NCBI GenBank assembly: GCA_000934665.2
Contig: JYFJ02004442.1
Location: forward strand, 1-32,127
Direction: 5' to 3'
DNA from: Catajapyx aquilonaris
Taxonomy: Eukaryota
Length of the DNA: 32,127 nt
The notes under the pieces are model-generated. The model did no database searches. It saw only the letters and a program-made list of their open reading frames with translations, and had not been told where the DNA came from. The translations under genes and the position numbers were made by a program. How positions within the stretch are numbered: position 1 is the stretch's first letter; the number at the start of each line of letters is the position of its first letter. Shown here piece by piece: positions 24,188 through 32,127 of the stretch.

Positions 24188-24258
24188 CACATGTTCACAA
24201 ATATTCTACTGATTAGTGAACAGGGCACATCCCCTTGTCTTACTGTCTTCTAAGGAAT
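24188..24258 (+). pseudogene. Mutator (MULE) transposase fragment
   Basis: HMFTNI.../HIPLSYCLLRN resembles QLFTIH...xxPLVYCLLPNK. Confidence 0.55.
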
Positions 24259-24962
24259 GACGCAAGAATGCAGAAACAATAAGAAGAAATGTGCGCTGGT
24301 CCACAACTCTTACAGAAGCAAGAAAGGACCTACCTGATATCAAAGAACATCAGAAATTGTGGTGCTGCCCGAGCAGCCACAGCCGGCAACAGCAACAACA
24401 TCAGGCTCCCGCTCCATCGCCACAAACCGAGCTTAACCAACAGGCTGGAGGATTACACGGAAAGCCCATGAAGTCAGACATTGTCAAATCATCAAATCAT
24501 ATTGGGCCAGAGCCACCGCTCACAGTCACCGGTTGCGTTCGGTAATTGCACGCGAGTAAGCAGGTGTCATATCAGCATTTGAATTTGGTACGAAAGTCGG
24601 CGTTACTCAAACATCAATCTGTATAGTAAGAAATTGTACGGCTTTTAAAAATCATATCGGAGACAATAAGCGTCATTATCCGGCCTTTTTTTAAAAAATC
24701 GCGCCTCAAAGATGGCGAGATTGGATCGTGACGTCATCCAACGTTGCTGGCTATACACAGCAATAAATACAGTGGTGTCACATCACATGAATCGCACGCA
24801 TCAAGCTTCTTCTACCAGAACCCAGCACATTCTTTTAGGAAATTCAATATTTGCAACACCCGAGTTGCGTCATCTGCATATCCCGGCCTGAAAAATGTAT
24901 ACATCGACAGAGCTTCAAAAAATAAGTAAAGTCATGTATTTGTAACCTTTTCAGTTTTTGAA

Positions 24963-25642
24963 TAATACACACGCGCAGTATCAACCGCTTTCTGCAGGAG
25001 TTCCTATTATTTTGTCCAACTCCTGTGGTAACTTCAAAGGATTTAACCCGGGAAGAAATAATGAGAATTGTAGTAATATTCTGCCTGTTAAACACGTCCC
25101 GTGCCCTAACGTGCCATTTAACATCAATATGGCACAATAAAGTGGCCTCCCAAATGCACAGCAATTATATTTCATTCAGGCAGGTGCGGCTTCGCCGTGG
25201 TGATTTGGTGATCAACTCCACTTGGGCCGAAGTGAAGGGAAATTGGCCTTTTATAGGGATGGAATGAAAATATGTCAAAATATTAACAATCCCTCCTACT
25301 TGACACTCCATAATATTCTCTCGTTCTTCACCTGCTGTCACAGGCCAATACTGTCATAGACTATCTAACCCATGTCTTCAAGAGTCAGAAGTTGATCGCA
25401 CTTGACTACGTATGACTTCGTCACAAATTGTGACATGGCTGAAGCCGAAGAATTTTGGAACAAAACCACAGATGATGCCGAGATGTGCTGGACATATTTG
25501 GCCCAATCACATATCTTTGCCTAGCGTCGTACGAGTATTGGTACAGCTGTCCAAGATGGACATTTGGCGTTTAACCTCTGATTGAATTTATTTTTGATCA
25601 CTTTTTCCTTTGTGACAAACCTTTTTTCATACTGATGCGAGA
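24963..25642 (+). repeat. Internally deleted copy of ~28445-30107
   Basis: Three collinear high-identity blocks: 24963-25093/28445-28563, 25094-25216/29110-29233 and 25217-25642/29671-30107. Includes the Tc1/IS630-like motif TWAEVKG. Confidence 0.9.
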
Positions 25643-27589
25643 AGCGCTCGTGTCAGCATCATGAGTACATCTACTCCAGTTTTCCTTACGATGCGCGGAT
25701 ATTCCTCCCCGTTTGTGTATGAAGGTGCCGTTCAAGTTAATCTCCGGTTCGAGTGAAATCTCTAGACAATGTTGGTCGGAGTTCCATGTGTTTTTGTGTA
25801 AGTGAGGCCCCGAGGCGAAACATGGGTCGTGACCATATGTGGAGAACAAACATTTACTATAAGCTTGGTGCTCGTCAAAGAAATGCTCAAATTGGCTTTA
25901 TTTTGATGACTGTATATACTGGACATACTTAATGACACATACAGATTGATGGAGTTTAAATATAATATGTAATTGGAATAAAACTGGTTCAGAATGATTT
26001 AAAACAACTGCATAATTACATTTCTTCTGCTGCTTTGTATTGGTTGAGTCAAGTAAAATGGACTCTAACTGCCAGCCATGATTGTGAATGACGACCGATG
26101 ACGACTGTTGTAACGTCAAAGGGCATGAAAAAGACACCACACCTCGTGCAGGTCGATTTTAACCGTTTGGCTTTAAATAACAGACGAAGGAATGTGTGCC
26201 ACTTCGGGAAAGCTTACTGCAGTGGTCCGCTTCGAACGTGTCAAAACGTCTGCAACAAACGCTACACCAACTTTGATTGATGAAACGGCTGTAGGAACTG
26301 TCCTCAAAAACACTGGAATGCGGACAAAAATTGAGCAAACATCAACATAATGCAGACGATACTTCACATTGAAAGTAGTTGTGCCAAAACAAATGCATAA
26401 TATTATTGCTTATCATAATACTGATAATAGTGAAACAAAAAATAATGACATAACATCCAGCGAACAGGCATGGACAAATAAATGCATTTGCAGAAATGCT
26501 GAAGGACTATCGCCACCAGAAATAGATCTGACCAACAAGAAGGATCCACGAGGAACGAAGCATAGACTCTTGATATCTCAGACAACTCCGGTGCTACTCG
26601 CCTGACGGGGAAGGCCGAGATTTCGTCAATATAATAAACATCGTGAGTAGCCATGACAATACCCTCAGATTAGTTGAATTACTCGAGAGTTCTCGGACCA
26701 GTCGAGAGCCAGACTCCATCATGATACTCACAGGAGCAGCAACCCGTTCGAGATGCAACTCTTTTACATATTACAATATGTGTTTCAAATATATGACATG
26801 ACACAGTTAATGTAAAGACAGGGTTCCGGGAATAAATGTGACTAGGACGCAGGTATTACTTGACAGTATGTTGTGAGAAGAAGACACCTTTCGCCGCTTT
26901 TCGCATCACATATACCGTAGTACAGTATAGTCGATATAGTCAGTTGACGGAAATATTACTTCACATTCCAGAACAGGACATAATTCCATAAACATTAATA
27001 TAAGAAACCAGGAAGACAAGTGCGCACAAGATGAAACACTTCGACTAAGAGTTGCCTCAATTAACAAGAATCAAGAGCACCCCTAATTCAATCCTGAACT
27101 ATGAGTAAATTAGTACCAACCAATGGAAGCATTGCAAAATAGGTGCCATATGTTCGTCTGCAACATGTGTGCGTAATTCTATTGTTAGTTTATTACATGT
27201 GCCATTAGAAAATACATAGGTAGGGTGGCCAATAATTCTTCTATGTGATGGCCACTTAAGTATGTAGATCACCTACTCACATGTGCCATAAAATACTGGC
27301 TGACCAGAAATTAGATCTAGTGATCATCATCAGCCGAAAAGTTGAAAGTCGCAGGTAAAGGTCATGCAACACTTTGCAAGTCTGAGACCATTAAGAAGAA
27401 GATCTTCTCTGAATAATTATGATAAGCACAATACGACAACCATGCGATGGCTGAAACAGCTGTGATGTTGCATGTTTGTGTTTGGAGGTGGCCAACTCCT
27501 GATATTGACATGTAATAGTCATGATAAAATACGAATACAAAATATCTACCTTATTACTACTTATTGAAATGGGACAATAAGCGATCTAT

Positions 27590-27815
27590 GATACTGTGTG
27601 GACTTCCGAGCCAGCCTGACGCTTTTTTTGGCAATGGTATGGAAAAACTAGTGTCCCAGTGGGACAAGGACAAGTTTGCACAAAAGTGTACCGTGAAAAT
27701 GTCTAAAATTATATAAAGACTTGCCCTTTCATATGTATATCTCAGTTTCAGTTTCCGTATAGTGAAGCTTCAGAATTTAAAAAGTTGTGAATTACATTTT
27801 GATTAGCCCTGGTAT
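27590..27815 (+). mobile_element. mariner transposase C-terminus plus 3' TIR remnant (coding part also at ~23816-23876)
   Basis: SQPDAFFGNGMEKLVSQWDK resembles the mariner motif QPxxFYxxGIxKLVxRWDKC; ends in attacattttgattagccctggta, similar to mariner TIR+TA. Confidence 0.75.
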
Positions 27816-28094
27816 AAACACTTTTTACCCGTTGCGTAACTAACGCACTGTCTTCAATATGAATTTTACATGGGCTGTCGAGATTCATAGCAAAATGAAG
27901 TCAGGATAGAACAAGTACGGTAAGCAGTAACTTCAACAGCCTATATAATTTAAAACCACGCCTTTGTAGATAATAATCTTTCAAGGACATTGTTATACAT
28001 AATGTGCAAAGGAGACATTCACGTGCACCTAAGAGGAACTACAGGACTTGTGCATGACCATACTGAAACAAGGCAACCTGAGAATCTTGGACTA

Positions 28095-28460
28095 TGGCCG
28101 AGCCCTCTGAATGGTCCGCTGCCATATTGTTGCCGCCACCTCTTCCCATTGGCTTCCATTGTTGCTGCGTCGTATTCAAGACGCATTGTTACCATGACGC
28201 CTCCGATTGGCCTCCGTACCGAGCATGCGCAATGGGAGTGGAATCCGTCCAGTTGCCTGCTGACCTCCTTGGGTGAAGGTCGCTTTTTTTCGTCTCTCCA
28301 GCCCCAGTCACCGTCACCAGCCGGACCTTTTCCCCTTCCCCACCCACCCTCCCTGTACTACCCCCTCGCAGCGGCGCGCTGGTTATTGAAAAATGGCCGT
28401 ATGCACTGGTGGTGAAATCCGATTTCGAATTTCGAAACGCGCAGAAAACACGCGCAGTAT
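28095..28460. promoter_or_regulatory. Second CpG-rich promoter-like island
   Basis: ATTGG x2; GCATGCGCA; RFX-like GTTACCATGAC; YY1-like GCCATATT (left) and AAAATGGC (right); C-rich tracts. Confidence 0.5.
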
Positions 28461-29149
28461 CAACCGCATTTTGCAGGAGTTCCTATTATTTTGTCCAACT
28501 CCTCAAGGGATTTAACCCGAGAAGAAAATAATGAAAATTCTAGTCATATTTTGCCTGTTGAACTTCATTGAATGGAAAGCTTGAAGTGGGTATGTTATAT
28601 TTATCAGACTGTAAGGTCATGGAAATCACTAAAAATGCAGTTTGCAATTTAATATCATCCTTTTAAATGAGTGCATAGAAACAAGTAACTGTGACTCATT
28701 GACAAATAACATAGCTTATGTGGGAATGGTTAAGGAACATTTGCATAATACTGCACAGAGAAACTATGTAGCCTAAATAAGGATGAATAATATCTTGCGG
28801 ATGTATATACGTAGAGGTAATTCATAAGTCTGTTGGCTATTCAAGACTTGCATCAAGACTGGCGCCGGACGACATACTCATAATAACCAACTCGTTTTAC
28901 AGACATCTTGTATGGCTATGGCCATGACGAAAGTGATGTGTCTGCAGTAATTGATGTTCAGGATGAAGACATACTTTGCCAGTCATCAATGTCGAGACTG
29001 TTGAAGATGAGCCTCCGCCATCTCCCCTGGCCCAGCAGTCACCTCCTCTCACCGATGAGCAACTAGAGAAGCGGGAGAGCAGAAAGAAGTTGGCAGCCAA
29101 GGTGATAACCACGTCCCGTGCCCTAACGTGCCATTTAATATCAATATGG

Positions 29150-29310
29150 CACAATAAAGTGGCCTCCCAAATGCACAGCAATTATAATTTATTCGGGGAC
29201 GTGCGGCTTCGCTGTGGTGTTCTGGTAATGAACGGTGGATTTCGGCTGGGCCCAATTCAAGAGGATGTTGATGCGGTAAGTGCTTTGCAAGTATACAGTG
29301 CTGATCTGCC
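29150..29310 (+). pseudogene. Gypsy integrase C-terminal (GPY/F) fragment
   Basis: ASQMHSNYNL..DVRLRCGVLV (paralog RRGDLV)...LGPIQE..AVSALQVY resembles QxxxYNLRRRDVxFxxGDLV...GPFxV....VY. Confidence 0.55.
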
Positions 29311-30403
29311 AGTTTTGCCAATGACATACCACCCATTATACTTATCCTGGCTGAAAGACTTGGTTCACTACTTGCCACCATCAAAATAGGAGATTTGATT
29401 TTTTCACAGATATTAGTAATTTAATTCATCGGTACTGAACCAGGACTGATGTGCGTACATGGCCGTAATATGTACATTATGGAATTTATGTCTCAACCGA
29501 GATGAATTATGCTGGTTGTTTTGGGTTACGCACACACACATGGCAACTGAAGGTAACGGCAGAATACATTCATAATGATGCAGAATGAGAAGGTCAGTTT
29601 CCATATTGGAATATTAGTAAGACTGCCTAGCAACCAAGTGTAGTGGACTCTGGACTGGGGCTAGGTCTGGTCCACTTGGGCCGAAGTGAAGGGAAAATGG
29701 CCTTTTAGGGATGGAAGGGAAAGATGACAAAATCTCAACAATCCCTGTGCTACTTGACACTCCATAATTATATTCTCTTGTTCTTCACCTGCTGCCACAG
29801 GCCAATTCTAACCGATGTCTTCAAGAGTCAGAAGAAGTTGTCCGATGATTGGAAGATTATCGCACTTGACTACGCATGACTTCGTCACAAATTGTGACAT
29901 GGCTGAAGCCGAAGAGCTGTGGAACAAAACCACAGATGATGCCTAGATATGATGGACACATTTGGCCCAATCACATATCTTTCCCTATGTCGTACGAGTG
30001 TTGGTACAGCTGTCCAAGATGGCCATTTGGGCGTTTAACCTATCATTGAATTTCTTTTTGATCACTCCTTCCCTTGTGACAAACCTTTTTCCCCACTGAT
30101 GCGAGAATGTCATGGGTGGGCATATGTGTAGAAGCATGTGGTGCAAAAGTATTTTTCAAGTGAGACTCCCTGTATTTTCATGTTTATGTAGCGACCCACC
30201 TACAAAGGCTTCGAGAAGCACAAGCCATTCAGCGATCCAGAGAGAAATAATTCTCCAATTCAGTAAAACCAGGAAGACAAGTGTGCACAAGTTGAAGCAT
30301 TTCGACTAAGAGTTGCCTATAATAAAATGTTACCTTAAAAAGAATCAAAAGCCAACCCCTAATTCAATCCTGAACTATGATTAAATTAGTACCAACCAAT
30401 GGA

Positions 30404-30790
30404 AGCATTGCAGAATAAGCGTCATATTTCCGTCTGCACCAGAGAAGTCGTATACCTACGATAATGTATAATGATACAGGCTCTTACTGAATAGTAAAAT
30501 CATTTGCAACAGAATCTTGTAACGAAAAAGGCACATAATTTATTTACTCCAATCATGTTAACAGTCTCGTATTTGATCGACTTGGACAACACAAGGTCTC
30601 TGGTGACCCCACTAAAAAGACACTGTTAAGTGCAGAACAAATAACACGTCTCATTAAGAGTTAATCGTACTCAAATAAGGAAAATGCTCAGCAGAAATGA
30701 CTGGAGAAAGGGAGTATTATGAACGATCAGCAGGTTGCAAGTCAGCTTTTTCGAATGTACTGTACAGTCGGTTACAGGATTTCCTTTCCA
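30404..30790 (+). pseudogene. Gypsy RT fragment and LINE RT fragment
   Basis: LQNKRH../TREVVYL (cf. LQPxKCxFxxxEVxYLGH, ~30404-30460); NDWRKGV...FSNVLYSRLQDF (~30696-30790). Confidence 0.55.
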
Positions 30791-31171
30791 CATGAGGCAC
30801 CCATTGTACCAATTTTCAGGTAAGTTATAATAAATCAATATTATTATTTTTAATCCCTGGAAAGGTCTTTTGCTATACCCTGGAGGCACATTACTTCAGC
30901 ATAACGTTATCTTTTGAGTTGCTGCACCTAAGCCGCCTGAAAAAAAACAGCGGGAAATGTATGTTATTGAAGCAACGTCAATTGATGACATCATAAGTCG
31001 AATTTTTCCTATTACAAAATAATGAGGTAGACACTAACAATAGGCCAAAATGCCTACCAACTAAAGGAGTGTATCCCATGGCCAACGAATATGCGGTCCT
31101 GGAGCGAATTATCCGTCACTTTCCTCCCACAACTACGAGCACTCTGTGTTACCAACAACTCTAAATTAGCT

Positions 31172-31228
31172 CCACGAGTCGGCGTAGATTTAGCATATAG
31201 GTCTGTACTTGGCTATGACTACTACAGT
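31172..31228 (+). pseudogene. Gypsy integrase first catalytic-Asp fragment
   Basis: PRVGVDLAYRSVLGYDYYS resembles PWxRVGVDLF....YLVxVDYYS. Confidence 0.65.
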
Positions 31229-31647
31229 AATGGGGAAAGAAGTAAGAAATTAACACAACATGCCCTAGTATCTTCATAGGTTGGGGTTTCAGGGGATGTG
31301 GCATCAGGTAATGGCACTGGCGAAAAGAGCCGCATGCTTCCATGCATCATGCGGTTCCTCAACTTGGAGCACCACTGGGCAAAACAGTGATCAATGCACA
31401 TATATTGACCTGAGATGACTACATGAGTAAGGTTGGGACCAAACATGCAGCTGTGGCCTGTGACCCAGTACAGTATCGTCTGACAAACTTGGAGAGACGT
31501 ACACCTTGTCACAGCAAGATGTACTTGCGGAGATGTGTCACGGATGTACTGTATACTAGATAAGTACTGCAGTATGAACCATTGAACCTATTAAGCATGT
31601 ATGGTATTGAATGTAACCTTGTATGGTAACGCAGACACCAAAAGGGT

Positions 31648-31686
31648 GTGGCTCAGTACGATCGACAGTGTGACGTTTGTCAACAA
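31648..31686 (+). pseudogene. Gypsy integrase zinc-binding fragment
   Basis: VAQYDRQCDVCQQ resembles DVxxYVRxCDVCQ. Confidence 0.65.
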
Positions 31687-32031
31687 CCTTTGCAAATAAT
31701 ACTGATACACTGGAGTTGTACTGGGCAGGAGCAGAAAGACCCTTGAAGACCCGTGAAGACCAGTGTCGGCGGACCTTGGTGGACCAGAATGAGGCGCACC
31801 TCTTGATTTTGATGCTGTTTCCTACACTTGCAAGTCGCAAGTAAAGGTCATGCAACACTTTGCAAGTCTGAGACCATTAAGAAGATCTTCTCTGAATGTG
31901 ATAAGCACAATGCTACAACCATGCAATGGCTAAACAAGCTGTGATGTTGCATGTTTGTGTTTGGAGATGGCCAATTCCTGATATGGACATGTAATAGTCA
32001 TGATAAAATACAAATACAAATATCTACCTTA

Positions 32032-32127
32032 CTAGCAGGTTACCCGGCGTTGCCCGGGTATGTTGGGGTGCTGGTAAAGATAGGGGTACATATCTGTGAT
32101 AGATTACCTGCTTGTCTTATAGCCTAC
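32032..32127 (-). mobile_element. Helitron 3' terminus (element continues beyond the window)
   Basis: Minus strand has a 7-bp-stem hairpin (+ strand tacccgg-cgttgc-ccgggta, 32041-32060), then 5 nt, then CTAG|T. Paralogous empty sites read cctta|ttac (23760, 27553), i.e. an AT target. Confidence 0.8.

Noticed and set aside
31430..31470. PIF1/Helitron helicase-like GPNMQLWPV
   Set aside because: Weak match to GDxxQLPPV; could be chance.
125..31858. ORF-track entries as genes
   Set aside because: All are 151 aa or shorter, lack coherent domains, often run across fragment junctions or microsatellites, and are disrupted in paralogous copies.
1..32127. CRISPR array or a fixed repeat separating fragments
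   Set aside because: No constant short repeat with regular spacing was seen; the repeats are long irregular segmental copies in eukaryotic DNA.
1..32127. Intact LTR retrotransposon or endogenous virus
   Set aside because: The direct repeats lack TG..CA ends, PBS and PPT, and contain mixed coding relics; no long gag/pol or viral ORF is present.

Overview
Metazoan (probably invertebrate) non-genic DNA with no intact protein-coding gene. Reading all frames by eye shows a dense patchwork of short (mostly about 30-150 bp, the longest about 0.5 kb), mutated coding fragments from many unrelated transposon superfamilies: Ty3/Gypsy gag, RT, RNase H and integrase; BEL/Pao integrase; several LINE RT and AP-endonuclease types; an R2-like NeSL/Utopia RT; and Harbinger, hAT, mariner/Tc1 and Mutator transposases. 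Every coding fragment I could recognise reads on the + strand, so a minus-strand transcript would be antisense to all of them. This is the architecture expected of a flamenco-like uni-strand piRNA cluster (inference). The mosaic has been re-duplicated many times as direct repeats of different ages, and paralogous copies differ by internal deletions, some with microhomology at the junctions. It also contains GC/CpG-rich promoter-like islands, a young V-SINE with a perfect 13-bp TSD, a ~107-bp foldback, and a Helitron 3' end inserted at an AT site. Family assignments are by motif recognition only, and coordinates are approximate.
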